Source: Helicobacteraceae bacterium (lineage in GTDB: Bacteria; Campylobacterota; Campylobacteria; Campylobacterales; SZUA-545). From it: a DNA stretch of 64,000 nt. Both the position numbers and the translations under genes were made by a program. Where the stretch lies: assembly GCA_031258155.1 (NCBI GenBank), contig JAIRNH010000056.1, positions 4,872 through 68,871 of the forward strand, given 5' to 3'. Position 1 is the stretch's first letter; every line of letters starts with the position of its first letter. This document shows, one piece after another, positions 28,737-39,133 of the stretch. The notes under the pieces were generated by a model. It was not told the DNA's origin. It saw nothing but the letters and a program-made list of their open reading frames with translations, and did not search any database.

Positions 28737-29155
28737 TCCGTTACGGCTTTATCCTGCTAGCGCTTGTCGTCTATGAATCGCTTGGGACAATTTACTATCT
28801 TTTGCCGCCGCTGTTTGGTTTCTGGTTCGCTTTCGTCGCGCATAAAAAAGATCAACGCTATATGTGGCTCGCTATGTGTTACATACTTTTTTACGAAGCG
28901 GATCACGGGCTGATCGTCGCGAGCGGCTGCCTATTTTTGTATTTTTTCCTAAAGTTTGTCGTGCCGACAATCGAAGATATTATCGTCAGCCGCTTTGCGA
29001 TCGCCGCCGTCTCGATCGCGAGCGCCTACCTCGTCTATTACGCGCTGGTTAGCCTGATATACTTTCTGTTCGGAATGGAGCCGTTGTCGTTTAGCTGGCT
29101 GCTCGTCTATTATATTTTCGTCGAATTGATTATCGCGGCGGCGGTTTTGAGATAA
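28703..29155 (+). CDS. small multi-TM membrane protein, possibly MreD-like; start uncertain
   Basis: frame open from 28652; the GTG at 28703 limits overlap with the GNAT gene; several hydrophobic helices; TAATG overlap with the mrdA start. Confidence 0.45.
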   Translation: MRRNGVNPRDIVRYGFILLALVVYESLGTIYYLLPPLFGFWFAFVAHKKDQRYMWLAMCYILFYEADHGLIVASGCLFLYFFLKFVVPTIEDIIVSRFAIAAVSIASAYLVYYALVSLIYFLFGMEPLSFSWLLVYYIFVELIIAAAVLR

Positions 29156-30951
29156 TGCGTTTACGAATACTCTCCACGCTGATCATCGCCATATCGCTGA
29201 CTCTGATCGGGCGCGTTTTTTATCTCACGGTCTTGCGCGGGGAGCATTACGGGATTCTGGCGTTAAAAAACACGCTTAAAGTCGAGCCGCTTCTGCCCGT
29301 TCGCGGCGCGATATTTGATCGAAACGGCGCGCCTCTCGCCGTCAATAGATTGGGGTTTTCCGTATCGTTCTCTCCGCACCTAGATCGCGCGAAAGGCAGA
29401 CGACTAGATCAAACGATCGACTATATTTTATCGGTTATTCCAAACAACGGCGAAAGCAAAGAGACGCTTCGCGCTCGTTATATAAAAGCCGATAACGCCT
29501 ATAGCCACGAACCTGTGGAGCTATCGCCGTTCGTGCCGTATGAAACTATGCTGCCCTTTTTTACCAAACTTTCGCTAAATGAAACGATTCATATTTCGCC
29601 GACGACCTTGCGTCATTATCCTAACGGAAGCGTCGCGTCGCACGTTCTTGGCTATGTCTCCAAAGCCGATCGCACCGCCGCCAATATCGATTCGATAAGC
29701 AAGACAATCGGCTATCACGGACGCGACGGGTTGGAGCTTTACTACAACAAGGAGCTACAAGGCGATCTGGGCAGCCGCAGTTATCAGGTAACGGCGCTTA
29801 ATCGCGAGATCGAGGAGATTTCGCGCGTCGAGCCAAGCCAAATGCAGGACATGAAACTGTTTTTAGATATTCGCCTGCAACGGTTTATTCACAATCTGTT
29901 CGTCCGCGAGGAACGATCGGGCGTCGTAATGGTGATGGATTTGGAGACGGGCGGCATAATCGCGGCGGGAAGCTACCCCGAATACGACAACGAAAAGTTT
30001 ATTACGGGCATTAGCTCCGCGGAGTGGCGCGAGATGATAAACGATTTTCGCCACCCGTTCGTCAATAAGCTGGTAAACAGCCTATATCCGCCCGGCAGCA
30101 TCGTCAAACCAAGCGTGGCGCTCTCTTTTCTGGAGTCCGGCAAGATTACGCCCGAAACCGAGTTTAACTGCGCCGGCTCCTTCGCTTTGGCCGATCGCAA
30201 CTATCGTTGCTGGAGATCGTGGGGGCATGGCGACGTGCAGATGCGCCGCGCTATCGCCGAAAGCTGCGACGTCTATTTTTATAGAGGCGGCTTAGTCGCC
30301 GGAATCGACGCGATCTCGCAAAAACTTTTGCGGCACGGTTACGGCGCCAAAAGCGGCGTCGATCTGCCAAACGAGTTTATCGGCGTGGTGCCAAGCCGCG
30401 AACGAAAACTAGAGAAAACCAAACGTAGCTGGTTATACGGAGACACCGTGAACACCTCGATCGGACAGGGCGATTTTTTAATTACGCCTATGCAGGCGTT
30501 AGAAAACGTCGCGCTGATCGCTACGGGAAAGTTGATAAAACCGCGCTTTGCCGAAAGCGTTCGCAACGTTAAAACCGAATACTCGGCTCAAGAGGCGTTC
30601 AGCGAAAGCGATCTGGTTTATATCGAAACAATTAGGGGCGGCATGTTCGACGGGGCAAATCAGACCGGCGGCACCTCCGCTAGAGCGATGGCTAATCTGC
30701 CGTTCAAAGTCGCCGGCAAAACGGGAACGGCTCAAGTAACGAGCATACCGCAAAACGAGCGCAAAATAATGAGCGAAACGGAGCTGGAATTTAATATGCG
30801 ATCGCACGCTTGGTATATCGGTTACGCGCCGTTTGAAAAGCCGCGATACGCGTTTGTAACGCTCGTTGAACACGGTATGAGCGGCGGCGGGGTCGCCGCG
30901 CCGATTACCGCCCGCGTTTTGCGCAAAATGACGGAACTGGGATACTTTTAG
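29155..30951 (+). CDS. mrdA: penicillin-binding protein 2 (elongasome transpeptidase)
   Basis: 598 aa; N-terminal TM; SxxK (GSIVKPS), SxN (NTSIGQG) and KTGTA motifs. Confidence 0.9.
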   Translation: MRLRILSTLIIAISLTLIGRVFYLTVLRGEHYGILALKNTLKVEPLLPVRGAIFDRNGAPLAVNRLGFSVSFSPHLDRAKGRRLDQTIDYILSVIPNNGESKETLRARYIKADNAYSHEPVELSPFVPYETMLPFFTKLSLNETIHISPTTLRHYPNGSVASHVLGYVSKADRTAANIDSISKTIGYHGRDGLELYYNKELQGDLGSRSYQVTALNREIEEISRVEPSQMQDMKLFLDIRLQRFIHNLFVREERSGVVMVMDLETGGIIAAGSYPEYDNEKFITGISSAEWREMINDFRHPFVNKLVNSLYPPGSIVKPSVALSFLESGKITPETEFNCAGSFALADRNYRCWRSWGHGDVQMRRAIAESCDVYFYRGGLVAGIDAISQKLLRHGYGAKSGVDLPNEFIGVVPSRERKLEKTKRSWLYGDTVNTSIGQGDFLITPMQALENVALIATGKLIKPRFAESVRNVKTEYSAQEAFSESDLVYIETIRGGMFDGANQTGGTSARAMANLPFKVAGKTGTAQVTSIPQNERKIMSETELEFNMRSHAWYIGYAPFEKPRYAFVTLVEHGMSGGGVAAPITARVLRKMTELGYF

Positions 30952-30992
30952 GCTTTAGCGGCTCGATAAACCTCGAAGCGAGGGGCGCCCGC

Positions 30993-31232
30993 TTAGCCGA
31001 TCGAATCGCGCCCCGCCGAATACGGGATAAGCGCCATATGCCGCGCGCGTTTAATGGCGACGCGCACAATATCTTGCGCGACTTTGCCGTTGCCGGTTAA
31101 GCGGCGCGGCATAATTTTAAATCTTTCGCTTAACGAATGTTTAAGCAGATGAATATCCTTATAATCGATAAACTCGATTTTTGCCTCGCTGTATTTGCAG
31201 TGGCGCTTAAAAAATTTGCCTTTTTCAGCCAT
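30993..31232 (-). CDS. rpsR: 30S ribosomal protein S18
   Basis: 79 aa; [26 protein letters not shown] motif; rpsF-ssb-rpsR order. Confidence 0.9.
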   Translation of the reverse strand: MAEKGKFFKRHCKYSEAKIEFIDYKDIHLLKHSLSERFKIMPRRLTGNGKVAQDIVRVAIKRARHMALIPYSAGRDSIG

Positions 31233-31240
31233 GTTTTTCC

Positions 31241-31747
31241 TTAAAATGGTAGTTCTTCATCGTTAATGTCGATGTTTGGAACAGCGCTAGAAGAGCGTTT
31301 AGCGTCCGTATCCGCGCGTTCTTGCCGCTCCGGTTGCCGAGAATACGAAGGTTGAGCGTTTGACGTTTGGCGCTCCTCCTCATACGAGCCGCTCTGGTTT
31401 TGAGAGTCGCCCTCGTTTTTCGCGCCGCCTAGAAACTGGATATTTTCCGCCGAAATGGAGTGGCGCGATCGTTTCTGTCCGTTTTGATCCGTCCATTGCT
31501 CCAGCACAAGCCGCCCCTCCACGAGCGTCTGCCGCCCTTTAGAGAGGTATTGATGCGCGATCTCGGCGCTTCTGCCAAAAACGTTTATATCGACAAACAG
31601 CGTTTCCTCGCGATCCTCGTTTGTGTTGCGATCCTTCCAGCGCCGATTTACGGCGAGTCCGAACTTCGCGATCGCCAAACCGCCCTGAGAGTAGCGAATC
31701 TCAACGTCGCGAGTTAAATTGCCAATCAATAGAACTTTATTCAGCAA
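31241..31747 (-). CDS. ssb: single-stranded DNA-binding protein
   Basis: 168 aa; OB-fold N-terminus [16 protein letters not shown]; acidic tip DINDEELPF. Confidence 0.9.
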   Translation of the reverse strand: MLNKVLLIGNLTRDVEIRYSQGGLAIAKFGLAVNRRWKDRNTNEDREETLFVDINVFGRSAEIAHQYLSKGRQTLVEGRLVLEQWTDQNGQKRSRHSISAENIQFLGGAKNEGDSQNQSGSYEEERQTSNAQPSYSRQPERQERADTDAKRSSSAVPNIDINDEELPF

Positions 31748-32237
31748 CTTTCGTTTCCTTAATTTCTTCCGCGCTCTCTTTCTCTTCGCGGCGCGGCGCG
31801 CGTTCGCGTCTTTCGCCGTCGGCTTCGCCGCGCGGCGCGCGAGGAGTTCTTGGGCGGTATTCGCGGACGGTTTCGCTGAGCTTAAACTCTTTGAAAGGCA
31901 GCCCTTTGGCGCGATTTACCATATTTTCCCACGCCTCGATCTCGACCTTCGTCTCGTATTTAATCGCGATAAACCGCAAAACGTCTTCCGTAATGCCATA
32001 GACGCGCTCAAGCTCTTTATTGACTTGGCCGTCAGAAATAAAATAGATAACGACATAAACGCCGCGCTCAAACTTTTTAATCGCGTAGGCGAGCTTTTTG
32101 ACGCCTAAACGCTCGATCGCGACTATCTCGCCGCCGTTTTTAACGATTATTTCGCTAAAAAAGTTTATCTTGGCGTCAACCTCTTCGTCCGTAAGCGTGG
32201 GTTTAAGAATAAACGCCGTTTCGTATCGTTTGGACAT
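31737..32237 (-). CDS. rpsF: 30S ribosomal protein S6 (with charged C-terminal tail)
   Basis: start set at the internal ATG 32235-32237 (MSKRYETAFILKP), preceded by AAAAGGAG; the 99-aa upstream extension in the track ORF is Arg-rich and unlikely to be real. Confidence 0.85.
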   Translation of the reverse strand: MSKRYETAFILKPTLTDEEVDAKINFFSEIIVKNGGEIVAIERLGVKKLAYAIKKFERGVYVVIYFISDGQVNKELERVYGITEDVLRFIAIKYETKVEIEAWENMVNRAKGLPFKEFKLSETVREYRPRTPRAPRGEADGERRERAPRREEKESAEEIKETKVAE

Positions 32238-32305
32238 ACTGCTCCTTTTGGTCTCGCGCCCCGTTTTCGTCCAAAAACGAGGAAGGCGTAAAATAGGCGC
32301 GGATT

Positions 32306-33283
32306 TTACAATATATTTGTTTGAAGTTTGATTAAAACCGCGTAAAGCAACGATCGTTTCTCGCGCGTATCGCTCTGTTTGAAGCCGAGTTCTAGCTCGC
32401 TTAAAGCCTCGAATATAGCCGCCCACTGCGATCTGCGAAATCTGTAGGCGAGTTTTTTGCGCGCCTCGTCTATATCCTTGGGCAAAGCGTAGCCTAGAAA
32501 ATCCTTGCCGTCCTTGCCAAGCCGCGCCGCGCAAAAGAAGGCGAAAAGCTGACGGAAGGCGCGATACAGCTCTAGGAGTATCTCCATTTCGTTATCGGAA
32601 CGCAAAAATAACCGCTCTAGCTCGCCGTAAAACGGGCGCTTATCCGCGAGCGCCGCGATCAAGCGAAACGAGTCGCCGTCGCTATAACCGGCGCCGACGA
32701 GATCGATCAGCGAGGAGCCCGCGTCGCGGTATATCTCCAGCTTGCCAAGATCGGACAAGGCAAACGATAGGTTGTTCTCGTTTATCTTTAGCAGATGCCG
32801 CGCCTGCGCGTCGCTTAATTCCAAGCCTTTTTTAGCCGCCTCGTCGATAAGCGTTTTAGCCGCCTCGTTCGCCCTTGGCGGATAAAATCTGACTACGGCG
32901 TAAAATCCCGCCGCGCCCTCGCCCCTCTCCAAAGAGGCTAATTTGGTTTTAGCGTCGTCGGCTTCGTAAATAAAGAGCATATACGAAGCTGCGTTTTTTC
33001 TGATAGCTTCTAGTAGCGACGAGATAAGTTTTGTTTCGATTTTCTTCTCTATTCGGACGATCAGCAAATTTCCGTCGCCAAATAAACTCGGCGAGGAGAT
33101 ATGCCCTAGCGCCGCGCCAAAATTAACCTCGTCGTAGTAGAGCTTCAAAATATCAAGCCCGCCAGAAAGCGTTTTTAGATACTTTTGGACGTATATCTCG
33201 ACCATAGCCAGATCGCCAAAAAAGATCGCGGCTTTAAGAGGCGGCTTGCGCGCGAGTCTTGAATCAAGCTCCCACTGCTTCAC
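32306..33283 (-). CDS. holA: DNA polymerase III delta subunit
   Basis: 325 aa; helical clamp-loader-like protein; call rests mainly on size and the rpsF-holA-rnr synteny recalled from Helicobacter. Confidence 0.6.
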   Translation of the reverse strand: MKQWELDSRLARKPPLKAAIFFGDLAMVEIYVQKYLKTLSGGLDILKLYYDEVNFGAALGHISSPSLFGDGNLLIVRIEKKIETKLISSLLEAIRKNAASYMLFIYEADDAKTKLASLERGEGAAGFYAVVRFYPPRANEAAKTLIDEAAKKGLELSDAQARHLLKINENNLSFALSDLGKLEIYRDAGSSLIDLVGAGYSDGDSFRLIAALADKRPFYGELERLFLRSDNEMEILLELYRAFRQLFAFFCAARLGKDGKDFLGYALPKDIDEARKKLAYRFRRSQWAAIFEALSELELGFKQSDTREKRSLLYAVLIKLQTNIL

Positions 33284-35238
33284 GCCAAAGCGACCGTTAC
33301 GCGAGCGGTAACTATGCTAACGGAGGCGATAGAGACCTTAACGCGCCCGAATTTTTGCAAAAGATCCGTCCTTTTACGCTCCAGCGGCAGATAGACGCGC
33401 ATGCCCTGAATCAGCGGATCGTCGATAATAATAACCGCCTCTTTGCCTTTGAGCGCCTCGTCCAAAACTTCGCCCTCCAAAGTCAGCCCGATACGCGTCG
33501 AAGCCCATCTAGCGTAAGCGCGATCGGCGTATTGCCGCTCGATCTGCGCGACCTCGGCTTCTAGCAACGTTATAATAGGCGCTAATCGTTGCAGGCTAGA
33601 TAAAATATATCCTCTTTTTTTATCGTCGTTATAGATAATCGTCTTCAAAAGCCTATGCAGCATTAGATCGGAATAGCGGCGAATCGGCGAGGTAAAGTGC
33701 GTATATTTTGCGAATCCAAGCCCAAAATGTCCTATATTGTCGTAGGTGTATTGCGCGCGTTTAAGCGATCTGATCAGCATTCGATCGACCTGTTCGCCCA
33801 CGCCGAGCGCCCTCGCCTCTTTCTGAATCGCCTCGATGGTCGCATGAACGCTTTTGGCTCTTTTTACGACCACGCCGATCTCGCTTAAATCGTCTAATAG
33901 CTCGTCTAAAGAGCGATCGTCGGGCGCCTCGTGCGTGCGAAAAACGCCGAATTGAAAATACTCCGCCGCCGCGCAGTTGGCAAGCAGCATGCACTCCTCG
34001 ATCAACTGGTGCGAGACGGTCTCTTTGGCTTTGATTGTCTTTTGCAGCGACAACTCTTTGTCCAAAACGAGCTTGATTTCGGGATTGGAAAAGCTAAAGC
34101 CCCTTTTAAGCCGTTTCCGTCGAAGCGCGATAATCAGCTCTTTTAGCGGCAAAAGCCACGTTAGTATCTCGCGATCTTGCTCGTCCGCTTTCGCGCCTTC
34201 AAACAGTTCGTCTATGCGATCGTAGTGGTAGCGGCGAATAGACCTTATCACGCTCTCGAATAGCTCGTATTTTTTAACGTTTAAGTTTTCGTCTAGCTCC
34301 AGCTTAAAGGTAAAAGCGAGCCGATCGACACGGGGCTTAAGCGAGCATAGGTTCTCGCTAAGCTCTCTTGGCAACATAGGGATCGATTTGTGCGGCAGAT
34401 AGACGGAAAAACCGCGCTTTCTCGCCTCTTTGTCAATTTCGCCGAACTCCGCCGCATACGCTGAAACGTCGGCGATGGCGACGTATAAAACGCGATTTTT
34501 ATCGTCGTAATAAATCGAATCGTCAAAGTCTTTAGCGTCGATCGGATCGATTGTGATAAACGGCAGATCGCTTAGATCGACGCGGTTTGGGTAGAGCGAT
34601 CTATCTACGCTCTCGCCGTGCGCTTTGGCTTCCATAATTTGCTCGGCGCCGAAGCGATCGGCGCGGTTATAGCGGGATAAAACGATCGCCTCGTCCACCT
34701 TCGGATCGCTTAGAACGCCTAAAACTTCCGCAATCTCGCCGCTTTTGCGATCAAGCGTCAACACCGCGCCCTCTTGAAACTCTTTTAGCGTTCTTTGCTT
34801 AATTCCAATATCTAGCGGCGCGTCGGAGTTAATATCAAATAGCGCGGCTCTATTATGGACGCGCCCGACGTAGGCGATCGGTCTTTCGCCGCTCTCTTCG
34901 GCGATATAGACGATCTTCGCCGCCGCCCTGCCCCGCCTGAAACCGAGCGCTCTCGCGATCGCCAGATCGCGATGAGCGGCGTTTTGGCTGTCGGAGGGTT
35001 GCACGATATAATCGCGCCCTCTTGCCCCTAAAGGGTGGAAATAACCGACGCTTTTGCGCCCTTGTTTTATTAGTTTGGGTTGAAGGTAAAAGCCGACGAG
35101 CAGATCGCTATCAAGCCGTAACAAAGGGCGATCGTCAAGTAGCTTAGCTTTGATTAGCGTATGGGCTAATTTAAGCTCTCGTTTGTCCAGAGCCGAACTA
35201 GGAACTCCCGTTAATAGCTTCTGTAGAAACTCCCTCAT
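33280..35238 (-). CDS. rnr: ribonuclease R (RNB family 3'-5' exoribonuclease)
   Basis: 652 aa; RNB catalytic region (ITIDPIDAKDFDDSIY, HFGLGFAKYTHFTSPIRRYSDL); C-terminal S1-like region. Confidence 0.9.
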   Translation of the reverse strand: MREFLQKLLTGVPSSALDKRELKLAHTLIKAKLLDDRPLLRLDSDLLVGFYLQPKLIKQGRKSVGYFHPLGARGRDYIVQPSDSQNAAHRDLAIARALGFRRGRAAAKIVYIAEESGERPIAYVGRVHNRAALFDINSDAPLDIGIKQRTLKEFQEGAVLTLDRKSGEIAEVLGVLSDPKVDEAIVLSRYNRADRFGAEQIMEAKAHGESVDRSLYPNRVDLSDLPFITIDPIDAKDFDDSIYYDDKNRVLYVAIADVSAYAAEFGEIDKEARKRGFSVYLPHKSIPMLPRELSENLCSLKPRVDRLAFTFKLELDENLNVKKYELFESVIRSIRRYHYDRIDELFEGAKADEQDREILTWLLPLKELIIALRRKRLKRGFSFSNPEIKLVLDKELSLQKTIKAKETVSHQLIEECMLLANCAAAEYFQFGVFRTHEAPDDRSLDELLDDLSEIGVVVKRAKSVHATIEAIQKEARALGVGEQVDRMLIRSLKRAQYTYDNIGHFGLGFAKYTHFTSPIRRYSDLMLHRLLKTIIYNDDKKRGYILSSLQRLAPIITLLEAEVAQIERQYADRAYARWASTRIGLTLEGEVLDEALKGKEAVIIIDDPLIQGMRVYLPLERKRTDLLQKFGRVKVSIASVSIVTARVTVALA

Positions 35239-36035
35239 TTCACAAAGTTGTTGGCGGCTCTTAAAAACGCTTCGCTAGAGCCGCCGTTAAGCGAAACAAG
35301 TTTCGCCGCGGTTTCCGCGCTCGCCGCGGTAATGCCGGAAGGCGTTTCGACCGCCGTTTGCACGACCTGAAGCGCGAAAGCGTAAGGACGCATGGCTTCG
35401 TTCACCGCCGAGGGGTCGATCGATCCGCCAATCGCCTCGACAAGCTCCGACTCGAATAGCCAGTGGCTAAAGACCGCCGCGCTGACCTCTTGATAGCGCG
35501 CGTCCACAAACTCCGTTTCGGCGACGGCGAAACCGTTGATCAACGCTCTATTGGCAAAAGCCTCGCTCTTGCCCGCTTTGACGACCTCCTGCGCTATGAT
35601 GAGCCGTCCCACGCCCGCCAAAAACGACGCGGGGGAGAGTATATCGAGCATATTGCGGCTAACTTGCGAATACCAGCGCACCATAAGCGCGTTTTGAAGC
35701 AACGATAGATCGGCAAATTGCTCCGCCGTGATCCGGTAGGGGGACATATCGATTTTCATCGTGCTTTTAACCGCGCCGGACAGCGCGAAGCCGCGCACCG
35801 TCGCCATGCCAAATAGCGAAACCGCCTGCCCCAACGTTTTGATAGCGCGCGAAAAGCCGTAAAGCGGCGAATTGGCGGCTTTTAGAATGTTTGCCGTGAG
35901 CATAGGATCGTTTTCGATTATCTTCGTTAGGTCAGATATGCTTGAGTTGGGATCGTTGCATATTTGTTGCACTTTGATTACCGACTCCGGCAGAGACGGC
36001 AAGCTCTTAACGCGCGTATAGAGCGCCTCGTTCAT
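35235..36035 (-). CDS. HDOD domain signalling protein
   Basis: 266 aa; LPSLPESVIKVQQICNDP...MLTANILKAANSPLYGF HDOD signature; paralogue of the next gene. Confidence 0.8.
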   Translation of the reverse strand: MNEALYTRVKSLPSLPESVIKVQQICNDPNSSISDLTKIIENDPMLTANILKAANSPLYGFSRAIKTLGQAVSLFGMATVRGFALSGAVKSTMKIDMSPYRITAEQFADLSLLQNALMVRWYSQVSRNMLDILSPASFLAGVGRLIIAQEVVKAGKSEAFANRALINGFAVAETEFVDARYQEVSAAVFSHWLFESELVEAIGGSIDPSAVNEAMRPYAFALQVVQTAVETPSGITAASAETAAKLVSLNGGSSEAFLRAANNFVK

Positions 36036-36090
36036 CGTAGTTCCTTTGCAAAAACGACTATGCGTGAATTATAGCCACTTTATACTATGC

Positions 36091-36109
36091 CGCGCCGCTT
36101 GTCGGCGCG
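36091..36109 (-). other. GC-rich stem-loop (CGCGCCG-N5-CGGCGCG) between the two HDOD genes
   Basis: perfect 7-bp inverted repeat read directly; no U-tract on the transcribed (minus) strand; a TATAAT hexamer follows on the minus strand. Confidence 0.4.
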
Positions 36110-36116
36110 CTAGTTT

Positions 36117-36941
36117 TTAAGATCGCGCGTCGGCGTTATTTCGGTTAGTTAACGTTTTGATCACGTTTTCAAGCGCCTGCGCGCTCATACCGTAATCTTT
36201 CGCGATATTTACCGCGTCCGCCGCGCTTTTCTCGCTTACGCCGTTTGGAAAATCCGCGGCGATCTGCGCCACGCGCAAAACTCTCGCGCGTTCGATAATT
36301 TCGGGAGCGGCGCGCGAAGGATCTTCGGAATGCCTTATTATCTCTACCAGCGCGGGTTCAAAATGCCAATGGGCGAAAATCGCGGCGCTAACCTCCTGAT
36401 AGCTTGATTGCAATATCTCCGCTTCCGCCTTCTCAAGTCCGACCCGCCGCCACAGTTCCTTGAACGGCTCGACCTTGTTTGACTTAACCAGCTCGTTAGC
36501 CATAATAAGCCTACCTATTGGAGAGAGAAACGACGCGGGGGAAAGCTCCTCTAGTTTAGAGCGATCAAATATGCCATACCAGCGGATCGTAAGAGCGTTT
36601 TGTAGTTGGCACAGCTGCACAAACTGATCGGCGTTAATATCGTAAGGAGAAAGATCGGGCGCCAAAGAGTTTCTTACGACGGAGGCGATTGCAAAACCGC
36701 GCACCGTCGCCATGCCAAACAGCGAAACCGCCTGCGAGAGCGTCTTGATCTCTCTTGCGAACCCGTAAAGAGGCGAGTTTGCCGCCTTTAACAGGTTCGC
36801 CGTCAGCATAGGGTCTTCTTCTATAACCTTTGTTAATTCCGCGACGCTTCCAAGCGGGTTGGCGCAGACCTCCTGCACCTTTATCGCCGTCTTTGGAAGC
36901 GGCGGAAGATTTTTAACGCTCTTTACAATTGCATCGTTCAT
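36117..36941 (-). CDS. HDOD domain signalling protein
   Basis: 274 aa; LPPLPKTAIKVQEVCANP...MLTANLLKAANSPLYGF HDOD signature. Confidence 0.8.
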   Translation of the reverse strand: MNDAIVKSVKNLPPLPKTAIKVQEVCANPLGSVAELTKVIEEDPMLTANLLKAANSPLYGFAREIKTLSQAVSLFGMATVRGFAIASVVRNSLAPDLSPYDINADQFVQLCQLQNALTIRWYGIFDRSKLEELSPASFLSPIGRLIMANELVKSNKVEPFKELWRRVGLEKAEAEILQSSYQEVSAAIFAHWHFEPALVEIIRHSEDPSRAAPEIIERARVLRVAQIAADFPNGVSEKSAADAVNIAKDYGMSAQALENVIKTLTNRNNADARS

Positions 36942-37028
36942 TTTGTTCTCCGCGACAACAAATAATTATTAGCGGTAATTGTAGTCAATTTACCTTTTCA
37001 GCCCCTCAAGCGTAAAATCGCAAAATAA

Positions 37029-38072
<1,044 letters not shown>

Positions 38073-38084
38073 GACGTTAATAAA

Positions 38085-38894
38085 GTGGGTCAAGTTCTAA
38101 CGATCACAAGCGGCAAAGGCGGGGTAGGCAAAAGCACCGCCGTAGCTAACATCTCCACCGCGATCGCCGAAGCGGATAAAAAAGTCGTCGCGGTCGATTT
38201 CGACATAGGGCTTCGCAATCTGGATATGATCCTAGGGCTTGAAAACCGTATCGTTTACGATTCGATCGACGTAATGGACGGGCGTTGCAAACTTAATCAA
38301 GCGCTAATCGCCGACAAGCGCGTTAAGTCTCTTTTCTTTTTGCCCGCTTCCCAAACGCGCGATAAAAGCGTTTTGGAGTCAAAAAAAGTCGAGACGCTAA
38401 TTAACGAGTTAAAAAAAGAGTTTGATTATGTGATAATCGACTCGCCGGCGGGCATTGAAAGCGGATTTGAACACTCGATCTATCTCGCGGACACGGCGTT
38501 AATAGTATCGACTCCCGAAGTTTCGGCGGTGCGCGACGCGGATCGCGTTATCGGCATTATCGACGCTAAAAGCAAAAAAGCCAAAGAGGGCGGCGAGGTC
38601 GCGAAAAAACTTATTATAAACCGCATTAAACCGGAGATGATCAAAAAAGGTCAAATGCTAAGCCCCGAAGACGTTTTACAGATACTCGCTATCGATCTGA
38701 TCGGACTCGTTCCGGAGGACGAGCTTGTCGTCGTGGCGACAAATACCGGAGAGGTCGTCGTCCGAAACCCCAAATCGGAAAGCGGCGGCGCGTATCGGCG
38801 CATAGCCAAGCGCGTTATCGGCGAAGAGGTCGCTTTTGCTTCGCTAGAGAGCGCCAAAGGGATCGGCGGCTTTATTAAGGGACTGTTCAAATGA
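38085..38894 (+). CDS. minD: septum site-determining ATPase MinD
   Basis: 269 aa; GTG start; deviant Walker [11 protein letters not shown]; C-terminal amphipathic helix. Confidence 0.95.
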   Translation: MGQVLTITSGKGGVGKSTAVANISTAIAEADKKVVAVDFDIGLRNLDMILGLENRIVYDSIDVMDGRCKLNQALIADKRVKSLFFLPASQTRDKSVLESKKVETLINELKKEFDYVIIDSPAGIESGFEHSIYLADTALIVSTPEVSAVRDADRVIGIIDAKSKKAKEGGEVAKKLIINRIKPEMIKKGQMLSPEDVLQILAIDLIGLVPEDELVVVATNTGEVVVRNPKSESGGAYRRIAKRVIGEEVAFASLESAKGIGGFIKGLFK

Positions 38895-39133
38895 GTTTTC
38901 TAAGCGATCTGTTCGGTCAAAAAAAAAGCGCGAGCGTCGCAAAAAACCGCTTAATCATTACGCTGGAAAAAGAACGGGCAAACGCTTCGTTTGATTTTAT
39001 TGATCAAATGAAAGAGGAGATACTTTTCGTAATCAAACGCTATATCAACGCGAGCGATATACGGATACTCGCCAAAAAAAATCAACATATCGATCGTCTG
39101 GAGATTGAAATCGACCTAGAAAACGGCAAATGA
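38891..39133 (+). CDS. minE: cell division topological specificity factor MinE
   Basis: 80 aa; N-terminal [11 protein letters not shown] membrane-targeting sequence; ATGA overlap with minD. Confidence 0.85.
   Translation: MSFLSDLFGQKKSASVAKNRLIITLEKERANASFDFIDQMKEEILFVIKRYINASDIRILAKKNQHIDRLEIEIDLENGK

Noticed and set aside
32238-32534. 99-aa N-terminal extension of rpsF in the track ORF (31737-32534)
   Set aside because: The extension is Arg/Gly-rich, overlaps the holA 3' end, and the internal ATG at 32237 has a strong AAAAGGAG SD and the canonical S6 N-terminus.
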